Shown: positions 40,750 through 50,306 of the stretch, piece by piece
Layout of the letters: every line of letters starts with the position of its first letter
Numbering within the stretch: the stretch's first letter is position 1
Assembly: GCA_041389925.1 (NCBI GenBank)
Contig: JAWKQX010000006.1
Location: forward strand, 279,837-343,836
Reading direction: 5' to 3'
From: Kofleriaceae bacterium
GTDB taxonomy: Bacteria > Myxococcota_A > Polyangia > Haliangiales > Haliangiaceae
Length of the DNA: 64,000 nt
Notes under the pieces: generated by a model
Seen by the model: only the letters and a program-made list of their open reading frames with translations
Database searches by the model: none
What the model was told of the DNA's origin: nothing
Position numbers and translations under genes: made by a program

Positions 40750-40859
40750 GTCGCGGCGATTTTCGGCAGGCGGACTCGGATCCCCACGCTCGGGACCAGA
40801 TAGATGCGCGCCAGGCCCCTCGCGTCGCGCCAGGTTCGCTACGATCTCGGGATCTCCGG

Positions 40860-42467
40860 ATGTCGATCGCGCTAGGCATTGACCTCGGCACCACCAACTC
40901 CGTCGCCGCGATCGCGACCGCGACGGGCGTGGAGTTCGTGCTCGGGCCGCGCGGCGAGCGCATCCACCCCTCGGCGGTGGCGGTGCCCTCGGGCGGCGGC
41001 GTGCTCGTCGGCGCGGAGGCCCGCCTGCAGCGGCTGGCCGAGCCGGACAGCGTGATCTCCTCGGCGAAGCGCTTCATCGGGCAGAACCTGCGCTCCCCGC
41101 TGGTCCAGGCGGCGAGCTCCGCGGCGGGGTTCGTGCTCGAGGAGGGAGCCAACCAGCAGCCGATCGCCGTGCTGCGCGATCGCCGGATGACGATGCCGGA
41201 GGTGTCGTCGCACATCCTGCTCTACCTCAAGCGGAACGCCGAGCGGCAGCTCGGCTCGCGCGTCAGCCACGCGGTCATCACCGTCCCGGCGAACTTCACG
41301 GATGGGCAGCGCCAGGCGACCAAGGAGGCCGGTCGGCTCGCCGGCCTGGAGGTGCTGCGCCTCATCAACGAGCCCACCGCCGCGGCGCTGGCCTACGGCT
41401 TCGGCAAGCGGCTCGACGAGCGGATCTGCGTGTTCGACTTCGGCGGCGGCACGTTCGACGCCAGCCTGCTGCGCGTGGAGCACGAGCTGTTCGAGGTGGA
41501 GGCCTCCGAGGGCGAGTTCTTCCTGGGCGGCGACGACATCGACCGCGCGCTCGCCGAGCACCTCGCGGACGACTTCGAACGGCGCTTCGGCGTCGACCCG
41601 CGCGGCGACGCGCTCCTGATGATGAAGCTGCAGATGAGCGCCGAGAGCCTGAAGTGCCACCTCTCGGAGCACGACGTGGCGGAGGGCGAGATCGACGGCC
41701 TCGATCTCCCCGCCGGCGGCGTCGCGACGCTGCCGTTCCGCCTGACCCGCGCGCGCTTCGAATCGATGATCGCCGGCTTCCTCGATCGCGCGATCGCGGT
41801 CACCGAGCGCACGCTCGCCAACGCCGGCGTCTCCCCGGCGGACGTCTCGGAGGTGCTGTGCGTCGGCGGCACGACGCGGATCCCCGCGGTACGCGAGCGC
41901 CTCGCCGAGCTTTTCGGGCGCGAGCCGAACGTGCGCATCGACCCGGAGGAGGTGGTCGCGCAGGGGGCGGCGATCCAGGCCGGCAGCCTGCTGGGCAGCC
42001 TCAGCGCCGGCACCGGCATGGCGGTGCGCGACGCGGTCGCCACGACGGCGCTCTCGCCGCTGTCCCTGGCCGGCCGCACCATCGAGCTGATCGCCCCGTC
42101 CCGTCCGCTCTTGCTCGACGTCACCCCGGCGACGCTCGCCATCCAGACCGCGGGAGGTTTCACCGAGATGTTGCTGGAGAAGAACCTCCCCATCCCCATC
42201 GAGCGCTGTCGCACGTTCACCACGCTGCGCGACAACCAGACGCGCGTGGAGATCCACTGCTGCCGCGGCGAGGAGAAGCGCTACGCCGACAACGAGCCCA
42301 TCGGCATGCTGGTCCTCGAGGAGCTGCCGGAGCGGCTGCGCGGCGACTTGCACATCGAGGTGACCTTTCGCGTCGACACCGACGGCATCCTGCACGTGCG
42401 CGCCCGCGACGTCGTGTCGGGCGTCAAGCGCGAGGCGCGCCTCAACATCCTCGGGGCCCCGGCATGA
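40860..42467 (+). CDS. hscC: Hsp70-family chaperone lacking the C-terminal helical lid (HscC-like)
   Basis: 'IDLGTTNS', '[10 protein letters not shown]', '[21 protein letters not shown]' and '[13 protein letters not shown]' are Hsp70 NBD signatures. Protein ends after the SBD-beta at 535 aa. Confidence 0.8.
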   Translation: MSIALGIDLGTTNSVAAIATATGVEFVLGPRGERIHPSAVAVPSGGGVLVGAEARLQRLAEPDSVISSAKRFIGQNLRSPLVQAASSAAGFVLEEGANQQPIAVLRDRRMTMPEVSSHILLYLKRNAERQLGSRVSHAVITVPANFTDGQRQATKEAGRLAGLEVLRLINEPTAAALAYGFGKRLDERICVFDFGGGTFDASLLRVEHELFEVEASEGEFFLGGDDIDRALAEHLADDFERRFGVDPRGDALLMMKLQMSAESLKCHLSEHDVAEGEIDGLDLPAGGVATLPFRLTRARFESMIAGFLDRAIAVTERTLANAGVSPADVSEVLCVGGTTRIPAVRERLAELFGREPNVRIDPEEVVAQGAAIQAGSLLGSLSAGTGMAVRDAVATTALSPLSLAGRTIELIAPSRPLLLDVTPATLAIQTAGGFTEMLLEKNLPIPIERCRTFTTLRDNQTRVEIHCCRGEEKRYADNEPIGMLVLEELPERLRGDLHIEVTFRVDTDGILHVRARDVVSGVKREARLNILGAPA

Positions 42468-43171
42468 GCGACGTGCTCACCTGGGCGCGCCGCTGGGCGC
42501 GCCGGTCGGACGCCTCGGACCACGAGCTGCTCGAGCTGCCTCGGCACGCGACGCTCGAGGACGTGCGTCGCGCGTATCACAAGCTCGCGCGCTTCGCCCA
42601 CCCGGATCTCCATCGCGCGACGCGGTCCACGCAGGAGCTCGAGGAGATCACCCAGACGTTCGCGCGCGCGAGCAACGCGTACGCGGTGCTCACGGCGCGG
42701 CTGCGCAAGGCGGCCGTCGCGGCCAAGGCGAGCGCCGACCGCGCGCCGCAGGCGCCCCACGCGCCGCGCCGCGAGGACGGCCCGGGCACCGCGCCGCGCC
42801 CGACGGGGAGCCGCCCCGCGTCGCCCGCGTCGCCGCCCGCCCGCGCGACGGCGAGCCCGCCGCCCGCACCGACGAGGAGCACCGGGGCGCCTGGCCCGTC
42901 CTCGGGGACGCCCGCGCGCGCGACGGCGAGCCCCGAGCCCGCTCGCGCGGACTCACCCTCCTCCGCACCTGGAGGCACGCCGGCGCCGTTGCCCATTGGT
43001 CCATCCAATGCCATGTCGCCGAAGGCGCTGGTGCACTACCGGCGCGCGGAGCTCAGCATGCGGCGCGGCGCGGTGGCGGAGGCGCGGCTCCACCTCAAGC
43101 TCGCGGCGGCGACCGATCCGCAGTCGGCGTTCCTGCGCAAGGTCATGGCCGATCTCGCCAGCGGAAGCTGA
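42464..43171 (+). CDS. J-domain protein (DnaJ-like co-chaperone) with Pro/Ala-rich linker
   Basis: ATGA overlap with the Hsp70 stop. '[13 protein letters not shown]' contains the HPD motif. Confidence 0.75.
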   Translation: MSDVLTWARRWARRSDASDHELLELPRHATLEDVRRAYHKLARFAHPDLHRATRSTQELEEITQTFARASNAYAVLTARLRKAAVAAKASADRAPQAPHAPRREDGPGTAPRPTGSRPASPASPPARATASPPPAPTRSTGAPGPSSGTPARATASPEPARADSPSSAPGGTPAPLPIGPSNAMSPKALVHYRRAELSMRRGAVAEARLHLKLAAATDPQSAFLRKVMADLASGS

Positions 43172-43286
43172 CGTCCGCGCGCGTCCTCGAGGACGTGCAT
43201 TCGCGCCACCGTGCGTCAAAGTAGAAGACCCGCGGCCTCGCCGCGGGCGCTTGCCTCCCGGCAAGTCAACCAGCTATAGGTGCAGC

Positions 43287-44420
43287 ATGTCGCCGAGGAA
43301 CACTACGGGAACCGCGATCACTGGCTCAGGGGTGTGGCATCCAGAGCACGCGTTCACCAACGAAGCGCTGTGCAAGGCGTTCAACGAGTTCGTTCGCCGT
43401 GACAACGAGAAGCACGCCGCGGAGATCGCGGCGGGGACGCGCGCGGCGCTGCAGGAGTCCTCCCCGGAGTTCATCGAGCGCGCCTCGGGCATCAAGCAGC
43501 GCTACGTCCATGATCACGTCGGCGTGAGCGACCCCGACCGCATGTGTCCCATCGTGGCGCCGCGCTCAGAGGACGAGCTCTCGCTGCAGGCCGAGTTCGC
43601 CGTGCGCTCCGCCGAGAAGGCGCTCGCCGCGGCCGGGCGCACGGGCGAAGACGTCGATCTCGTCGTCCTCGGCGCGTCGAACCTGCAGCGGCTCTACCCG
43701 GCGATCGCGATCGAGGTGCAGCACGCGCTTGGCGCGCGCGGGTACGGGTTCGACATCTCGCTCGGGTGCTCGGCGGCCACCGGCGCCGCGCAGCTCGCCT
43801 GTCAGGCCGTCAGCACCGGCGCCGCCCGGTGCGCGCTCGTCGTGGTCCCCGAGATGACCACCGGACACATGAACTGGCGCGATCGCGACAGCCACTTCAT
43901 CTTCGGCGACGCCTCGGTCTCGCTCGTCATCGAGCCGGTCGAGCGCGCCAAGCCGGGCGCGTTCGAGATCCTGTCCGTCAAGATGATGTCGAAGTTCAGC
44001 AACAACATCCGGAACAACGCGGGCTACCTCGATCGCTGCGAGCCCCCGCCGAAGGAGCCGGGCGACAAGCTCTTCCATCAGGCCGGCCGGCGCGTCTTCA
44101 AGGACGTGGTGCCGCTGGCTTCGCAGTTCATCTCGGATCACCTGGCCGCGCACGAGCTGCCGCCGACCTCGGTGGCGCGCTACTGGCTCCACCAGGCCAA
44201 CGTCAACATGAACGACCTCATCGCGCAGCGCATCCTCGGCCGCTCGGCCACGCCGCAGGAGGCGCCGCTCATCCTCGATGAGTACGGCAACACCGCCTCG
44301 GCGGGCTCGCTGATCGCGTTCTCGCTGCACCACGCGGACCTCGCCGCGGGAGCGTACGGCGTGATGGCGTCGTTCGGGGCGGGGTACTCGCTGGGCTCGC
44401 TGCTGTTGCAGCGCATGTAG
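43287..44420 (+). CDS. Beta-ketoacyl-ACP synthase III-like condensing enzyme (FabH/KAS III family)
   Basis: Active-site Cys 'GCSAATGA', His 'WLHQANVNM', Asn 'GNTASAGS'. N-terminal region carries an unusual about 40-aa insertion. Confidence 0.75.
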   Translation: MSPRNTTGTAITGSGVWHPEHAFTNEALCKAFNEFVRRDNEKHAAEIAAGTRAALQESSPEFIERASGIKQRYVHDHVGVSDPDRMCPIVAPRSEDELSLQAEFAVRSAEKALAAAGRTGEDVDLVVLGASNLQRLYPAIAIEVQHALGARGYGFDISLGCSAATGAAQLACQAVSTGAARCALVVVPEMTTGHMNWRDRDSHFIFGDASVSLVIEPVERAKPGAFEILSVKMMSKFSNNIRNNAGYLDRCEPPPKEPGDKLFHQAGRRVFKDVVPLASQFISDHLAAHELPPTSVARYWLHQANVNMNDLIAQRILGRSATPQEAPLILDEYGNTASAGSLIAFSLHHADLAAGAYGVMASFGAGYSLGSLLLQRM

Positions 44421-44541
44421 CGCGCGGCCTTCGACGCGCGTCGCGGAGCTGGCGCGCGGGACGCCGCGCGGGGACACGCGCGGACCCGCGGTCGTCGCCG
44501 CCCGCGGGTTGACTTGCGAGGAGTCGCCTGATACTGAACGT

Positions 44542-45177
44542 ATGTTCATGTCAAAGATCCTCCCGTTCCAGCCGCCCGATCCCGCCTTGCGCGACGCCAC
44601 CGAGTCCTTGCCCGGGCCGCTTCGCGACGTGGTCGAGCTGTTTCGCGGCCAGCTCGTCGCGGTGTCCTTCCCCGACGTCGACGCCGAGGTGCTGCTCCGC
44701 GGCGCCGAGGAGGTCGCCGCGCGTCGGCGCGCGGTGGACGAGGCCCGCGAGCAGCTCGATCACGCGACGACGGCGCTGGCGGCCGAGCTCCAGCAGCTCA
44801 CGACGCTGGCGGAGCGCGGCCTCGCGTACGCTCGCATCTACGCGGCGGCGCACCCGGAGCACGCCGCGCTCACCGCGGGGCTCGCGCAGCTCGAGGTGGA
44901 CAGCGCGGCCCTCGGCGCTGGGGCGGTCCCGCGGCGCGGCCGTCGGCGCGCGGCGCGTCCCGAGCTGCCGTTCGCGGCTTCGTCGGACGCCGTGGAGGAC
45001 GAGGCGCTCCTCGCCGACCGCGTCGCGCCCGCGCCGGCGGACGAGGCGCCGGCGGAGCCCGTCGAGGCCGTCGCGTCTGCGGTCAGCTCCGTCGCGCCTG
45101 CGCCGGCAGACGAGGCGCTACCGATCGCGCCCGTCGCTAGCCCGGCTTCGCCGCGCGCGCGTCGTCACGCTCGGTGA
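44542..45177 (+). CDS. Hypothetical protein (Ala/Pro-rich C-terminus)
   Basis: ATG 44542 or 44548. Coding-like GC3. No motif. Confidence 0.4.
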   Translation: MFMSKILPFQPPDPALRDATESLPGPLRDVVELFRGQLVAVSFPDVDAEVLLRGAEEVAARRRAVDEAREQLDHATTALAAELQQLTTLAERGLAYARIYAAAHPEHAALTAGLAQLEVDSAALGAGAVPRRGRRRAARPELPFAASSDAVEDEALLADRVAPAPADEAPAEPVEAVASAVSSVAPAPADEALPIAPVASPASPRARRHAR

Positions 45178-46366
45178 GGCGTCGGCCCAGCGCGACCATC
45201 GGCGCCTCGAGGAGGTGGTACGCGGCGACGGCCGCGGCCGCGGAGAGCGCGAAGAACGCGAGCACCGACACCGCCACCGAGCCGGGCTGCCAGAGATCGT
45301 AGACGACGTACAGGCACGGCACGTGGAGCAGGTAGAGGCCGTACGAGTATGTGGCGACCTTCTGCGCGACGTGGTTCGGGCCGGCGAGATCGCAGTCGGA
45401 GAAGAGGTGGATCGACAGGCCCAGGAGGAGCGCGTAGAGCCAGCCCAGCCAGTACACCAACCCGCCCCGATCCAGCTGCAGGTAGCAGTAGCCGAGCACC
45501 ATCGCGACGACGAAGATCGGCCACGCGCGCCCGGGGAGCCGCCGCCGCGTGCGGTGGCGCAGCGCGTAGGAGAGCACGCCGGCCAGGAAGCACGGCACGT
45601 AGCCCGCGAGGTTCATGTGCCCGCCGTCGAGCTTGTACAGCGCGTAGGCGCCGAAGTACGAGCCCACCAGCGCGCCGCCGATGAGCTCCGCGCCCCGCTG
45701 CCGCCGCGCGAGCAGGAACAGCGCCGGCAGCACGACGTACATCTCCACCTCGTACGGCAAGCTCCAGAGCGGCACCAGCACGCTCTGCCCGGTGAAGAGG
45801 TTCTGCACGAGCAGGAGGTTGGCCGCGATGACCGAGGGCGTCGGCGAGGTGGGGGCGCGCCAGGTCGCGTCGGGGAGCCCGGCGAGGAGCACCAAGGCGA
45901 TGCACGCGATCGCCAGCGGGTAGATGCGAAACGCGCGGCGGAGGTAGAACCTCGCGGGGACGCCGTCCGCGCGCTGCGCCCGCATCCGCTCCAGGGAGTG
46001 CATCAGCACGAGGCTGGTGTGGACGAAGAACGCGAGCACGCCCGCGTGGCCAATGTTCTCGGTCAGCTCGCGCAGGAGCAGGGGGACGGGGACGCCGTGG
46101 TACACCAGCGTCGGCACCAGGTGATCGATCAGCACCGTCAGCACCGCGACGGATCTCAGGTGATCGAGGTTCGCGACGTTCGTGCTCCCCCTCACGTCAC
46201 GAGCTCCCAGCCCTCCCCGCGGTCGCCGGCCGAGCGCCGCGCCGCGACCTCCGGCGAGCGAGAACGACCTTGAACCGTCTGCGGGGACGTTGCGGGAGAC
46301 CAGGCCGCCACGTGCGCAGTATCGGACATCGGCGCGCGGCGCAGGAGCACGGCGCGCCGATTTCAC
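45137..46366 (-). CDS. Acyltransferase family 3 (OafA-like) integral membrane protein
   Basis: 'LRSVAVLTVLIDHL', 'AFFVHTSLVLMHSLERM' and 'FRIYPLAIACIAL' motifs. The true start is probably an internal GTG near 46198. Confidence 0.7.
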   Translation of the reverse strand: MKSARRAPAPRADVRYCARGGLVSRNVPADGSRSFSLAGGRGAALGRRPRGGLGARDVRGSTNVANLDHLRSVAVLTVLIDHLVPTLVYHGVPVPLLLRELTENIGHAGVLAFFVHTSLVLMHSLERMRAQRADGVPARFYLRRAFRIYPLAIACIALVLLAGLPDATWRAPTSPTPSVIAANLLLVQNLFTGQSVLVPLWSLPYEVEMYVVLPALFLLARRQRGAELIGGALVGSYFGAYALYKLDGGHMNLAGYVPCFLAGVLSYALRHRTRRRLPGRAWPIFVVAMVLGYCYLQLDRGGLVYWLGWLYALLLGLSIHLFSDCDLAGPNHVAQKVATYSYGLYLLHVPCLYVVYDLWQPGSVAVSVLAFFALSAAAAVAAYHLLEAPMVALGRRLTERDDARAAKPG

Positions 46367-46384
46367 GCGCTCCGCGGCCGCGCC

Positions 46385-47680
46385 TCAGACGAGGACCTCG
46401 ACCTCGTCGAACCCCGCGGTGAGCTGGTTGTCGATCTCTCGGCTCGCGGCCACCTCCTCCAGGCAGCGGCGCAGCTCCGGGATGGCGGCGAGCAGGCGCT
46501 CGACGTACTCCTGCGCCAGGAACAACACGGTCGCGTGCTCGACCGCCGTCACCGTCGCGGTGGTCACGCCGCCGCGCAGCAGGGCGATCTCGCCGAACAC
46601 GTCGCCGATCGACAGCGCGCCGAGCTCGACGACTCGGTCCCCGACGCAGCGCGACGCCTCGAGCTGACCGGAGAGCACGACGAACAGGCCGCGGCCGGGC
46701 TCGCCCTCTCCGATGATCACCGCCCCGGGCGTCACGTCGTGGCTGGTGAACCGGCGCAGGAGCTCGCGCCGCTGACCGCTGTCGAGCGCGCGGAACAGCG
46801 GGCTCGAGACCATGACGTTGCTGAGCAGGCGATCGCGGGTGAAGTGGTGCAGCGCGAGCGCGACCCCCTCGATGTTCTGCGCCAGCGCGGCCAGCGAGCT
46901 GCGGCCGAGCTCCAGGAGATCGACCTCGCCGACCGCCCGCGCCGTGGCGGACCGCGGGCGCGCGGTCAAGAGCGCCATCTCGCCGAAGATCGCGTTCTCG
47001 CCCAGCCGGGCGAGCTCCTGCGTCGCCCCGCCGGCCTCGCGGGTGATCGCCACCTCGCCAGAGGCCACGAAGAAGAACGACGAGCCCTCGTCGCCCTGGC
47101 GAAACACCAGCGCGTCGGAGGGCAGTCGTCGCAGCAGCACGGTGTCGAGCACCCTGCGGAGGGCGCTCTCGGAGAGCTCCGAGAGCAGCGGGATCGGGTG
47201 CAGCGCCTCGGGCCACTGCGCGAAGGCGTCGGTCGCGTGCACCGCGCGTGTGGCGGCCTGGGCGAGCGCCGCCGGCGAAGGCTCGCGCTGGAGCTCGGGC
47301 GCGGGGATCTCCGTCGAGGGTGCGGGGCTGGCGACGCGCGCGGCGAGCTTCCCCAGCTTGCCGGAGCCCTGGCCGTACGTGGCGACGAGGCCCTCCACGA
47401 GCCCGCTCGCGTCGCGGCCGTGCGCCTGCAGCAAGCGGGCGCACACCACCGCGGCGAGGGGGTGCCCCGAGCGCAGCGCGTAGCCGTGGACGGCGCGGTA
47501 GATCGGCTCCGCCGCGTCGAGGTCGCCGAGCTGCAGCAGGCAGTCCGCGACGCGGGTGCGGGCCTCGAAGTCGAGCGGCGCCGCCGCGACGATCGCGTCG
47601 TAGAGCTGCACCGCCACCTCGGGGTGCCCCGCGCTGTACTGGCGCGCAGCGGCCTCGCGCAGCTCCGACAACTTCGGCAT
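46385..47680 (-). CDS. Protein with N-terminal TPR-like region and two cyclic-nucleotide-binding (cNMP) domains
   Basis: Two copies of 'F..GE.AL.....R.ATV.A' ('FGEMALLTARPRSATARAV' and 'FGEIALLRGGVTTATVTAV'). ATG 47680. Confidence 0.75.
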   Translation of the reverse strand: MPKLSELREAAARQYSAGHPEVAVQLYDAIVAAAPLDFEARTRVADCLLQLGDLDAAEPIYRAVHGYALRSGHPLAAVVCARLLQAHGRDASGLVEGLVATYGQGSGKLGKLAARVASPAPSTEIPAPELQREPSPAALAQAATRAVHATDAFAQWPEALHPIPLLSELSESALRRVLDTVLLRRLPSDALVFRQGDEGSSFFFVASGEVAITREAGGATQELARLGENAIFGEMALLTARPRSATARAVGEVDLLELGRSSLAALAQNIEGVALALHHFTRDRLLSNVMVSSPLFRALDSGQRRELLRRFTSHDVTPGAVIIGEGEPGRGLFVVLSGQLEASRCVGDRVVELGALSIGDVFGEIALLRGGVTTATVTAVEHATVLFLAQEYVERLLAAIPELRRCLEEVAASREIDNQLTAGFDEVEVLV

Positions 47681-47828
47681 CCGTCTACGGTAGCCCATTC
47701 CCGAGTGGGCGACCGCTCGGTGCCAACTGCAGTGCGCAGTCGCGTACGCGGGCACAACGTTGTTCGCGCGGGAGAACCCACCTATACTCGACGCACTTCG
47801 CGGCGAGTCGAGCGCGAAAAGGGGCCCA

Positions 47829-49628
47829 GTGAAAAAATGCGTTCAATGCACGAAAGATCTCCCCGACGCCGCTCATCATTGCGTGTTCTGCGGCTCTAAG
47901 CAGCCCGCGCAGGCGCCCGCGGAGATCGCCCGCACGGTGATGGGCTACTCCGCCAACCAAGTCCGCGACCACGCCGCCGCCGCCGCGGCGATGGCCCCTC
48001 GTCATCCGCCGAGCGCGCCGCCGCCGATGGGCGGCCCTGCGGTGGGGCCGGCGATGTCGGCGGGGCGGCACCCGCCGAGCGCGCCGCCGCCGATGGGCGG
48101 CCCCGCGGCGGGGCCGGCGATGTCGGCGGGGCGGCACCCGCCGACCGCGCCGCCGCCGATGGGCGGCCCCGCGGCAGGGCCCGCGATGTCGGCGGGACGT
48201 CATCCGCCGACCGCGCCGCCGCCGATGGGCGGCCCCGCGGCAGGGCCCGCGATGTCGGCGGGACGTCATCCGCCGAGCGCGCCGCCGCCGATGGGCGGCC
48301 CTCCGAACCCGGCGTTCGGCGGGCCCGGCTTCGGCGGCCCCGGTGCGCCGGGCGGCTATCCGGCTGCCCCGAGCGCGCCCGCGTTCCCACCTCCGGCCGC
48401 GGCGAACGCCGCGACGATGTTCGCGCCGTCGAGCGGCGGCCCTGGGCCGCAGCCGCAGTCCCCCGCCGCCGGGGGCAGCGCGGCGTCCCCGGCGCCGCTG
48501 GCCGCGACGATGGCCGCGCCGCTGCCCGTGTTCCCCGCCAGCACGGCAGGGGCGTATCAGGCGCAGCCGTCGGGGCCCTCGGGGTATCCGCCTGCGGGCG
48601 CCTCGTATCAAGCCGGCGCGTACCACGCGCAGGGCGGTGGCTACGGCGCCCCCGGCGGCGGTGGCTACGGCGCGCCCGGCGGCGGTGGCTACGGCGCCCC
48701 CGGCGGCGGTGGCTACGGCGCGCCCGGCGGCGGTGGCTACGGCGCCCCCGCGGGAGGCTACGGCGCCCCCGGCTACGCGTCTGGACCGTCGACGCCGATG
48801 CACCAGCCGGCGTACCTGGCCTCGGAGACCGCGGATCGCGCCGCGCGCCCGATCGACCCTTACCGCGATGGCCTGCGCCTGGTGCTCTTCGCGTTCGGCA
48901 TCCTGCTCCTCGGCGCGTTTTGCACCCCGCTGTCCAACGATCTCACCTTCCACTGGAACGTCGTGATCGACGCACCCACCACCGCGAAGGTCGCGTCCCT
49001 GCTGCTCGCCGTCGTCGGGGCGCTCTCGATCATCCTGGCCTCGACGCCGCTCGCCAGTCCGCTCCGCGGCGGCCTGGCCGCCGGGCTCGGGCTGCTCGGC
49101 CTCATCGCGCCGCTGGCCTTGGCGAAGGTCTCCGAGTGGCGGCTGCTCGTCGCCGCCTTGGTGCCCATGCTCCTGATCCCCGGGTTGCTCCTGCGCCAGG
49201 AGTATCGCGAGCAGCTCCTGCCGCGCCTCTTGGCCACGCTCGGCGTGCTCGGCGCGCTGGCGATCTGGCTCGTGCCGAGCGGCGACGCGCTGCCGCTCGT
49301 CGCGACGGTCAAGGCGGTCGTCGACGCCAGCGGCGTCGGGAAGGTCCCGCACCTGCTGGAGCTCGTGCACCTGGTGGTCATCGTGCTCTGCCTGCTGGTC
49401 TGGCTCCCCGCACCCTCGGGCGCCGGCGCCAAGCTCCTGGCCTGGCTGCTCATCTTCTGGGCCGCGCTGATGCACTTCCAGATGCTGATCCTCTCGGAGA
49501 ACCTGGGGGAGCAGCTCAAGGCGACGCCCTTCGATAGCGCGATGTCCTGGGCGCCGGGCGTCGCGTACCTCGCGCTCCTCGGCTACGGCCTCGCGGCGGC
49601 GCTCGGCAAGCAGCTCGAGACCGCATGA
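47829..49628 (+). CDS. Zinc-ribbon protein with Pro-rich 20-aa repeats (x5), GGGYGAP repeats (x5) and a C-terminal multi-pass TM domain
   Basis: GTG 47829 in an AT-rich context (gtg aaa aaa tgc gtt caa tgc acg aaa gat). 'CVQCTKDL...HHCVFCG'. DNA repeats: 60-bp x5 at 47990-48300 and 15-bp x5 at 48640-48760. About 6 hydrophobic helices C-terminally. Confidence 0.65.
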   Translation: MKKCVQCTKDLPDAAHHCVFCGSKQPAQAPAEIARTVMGYSANQVRDHAAAAAAMAPRHPPSAPPPMGGPAVGPAMSAGRHPPSAPPPMGGPAAGPAMSAGRHPPTAPPPMGGPAAGPAMSAGRHPPTAPPPMGGPAAGPAMSAGRHPPSAPPPMGGPPNPAFGGPGFGGPGAPGGYPAAPSAPAFPPPAAANAATMFAPSSGGPGPQPQSPAAGGSAASPAPLAATMAAPLPVFPASTAGAYQAQPSGPSGYPPAGASYQAGAYHAQGGGYGAPGGGGYGAPGGGGYGAPGGGGYGAPGGGGYGAPAGGYGAPGYASGPSTPMHQPAYLASETADRAARPIDPYRDGLRLVLFAFGILLLGAFCTPLSNDLTFHWNVVIDAPTTAKVASLLLAVVGALSIILASTPLASPLRGGLAAGLGLLGLIAPLALAKVSEWRLLVAALVPMLLIPGLLLRQEYREQLLPRLLATLGVLGALAIWLVPSGDALPLVATVKAVVDASGVGKVPHLLELVHLVVIVLCLLVWLPAPSGAGAKLLAWLLIFWAALMHFQMLILSENLGEQLKATPFDSAMSWAPGVAYLALLGYGLAAALGKQLETA

Positions 49629-50290
49629 CGCGCGGCCGCGAGGTCGTCGTCGGCACGAGCGCGCTCGGACGGCCGATCGAGGCGGTGTGCTTCGCCGCGC
49701 CGAGCTACGCGCGGCCGCGCCCGCCGGCGCTGTTGTTCGGCGCGATCCACGGAGATGAGCCTGCGAGCGCCATGATGCTGGAGCGCCTCGCCGACGAGCT
49801 GGTGGAGCGTCCACCCGGACGCGAGACCTGGATCATCCCGTGCGTGAACCCCGATGGCGTGCTCGCGGGCAGCAAGAACAACGCGCGCGACGTGGACCTC
49901 AACCGCAACTTCGCGGCGAAGAACTGGTCGGCTGCGTACGCCGCCGGGTACAACCCCGGCGCGGCCCCGGAAGATCAGCCCGAGACGCGGGCGCTCGTCG
50001 AGCTGATCGCCAGCGTCGGCGCCGAGCGGCTCATCGCCGTGCACGCGACCTTCCGCGTGGTCAACTGGGACGGCGCGGGGCGCGGGCTCGCGGAGGAGAT
50101 GGCCGCGCGCTGCGGCTATCCGGCGAGCGGCGACCTCGGCTACCCCACGCCCGGGTCCTTCGGCTCCAAGTACGGCGTCGACCTCGGCCTGGAGGTGATC
50201 ACCCTCGAGGTGCCCTACCTGGACGTCGATGAGCGCGCGTGGACGGAGACGCGCTCCGCGCTGCGCTGGACCGTCGATCTGCCGGCGTAG
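49625..50290 (+). CDS. M14-family zinc carboxypeptidase-like protein (MpaA/gamma-D-Glu-DAP amidase-like), translationally coupled
   Basis: ATGA overlap with the upstream stop. 'HGDEPAS' HxxE zinc ligands. 'NRNF' motif. 221 aa. Confidence 0.6.
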   Translation: MTRGREVVVGTSALGRPIEAVCFAAPSYARPRPPALLFGAIHGDEPASAMMLERLADELVERPPGRETWIIPCVNPDGVLAGSKNNARDVDLNRNFAAKNWSAAYAAGYNPGAAPEDQPETRALVELIASVGAERLIAVHATFRVVNWDGAGRGLAEEMAARCGYPASGDLGYPTPGSFGSKYGVDLGLEVITLEVPYLDVDERAWTETRSALRWTVDLPA

Positions 50291-50306
50291 CTCCCCCCGC
50301 TCGGCG

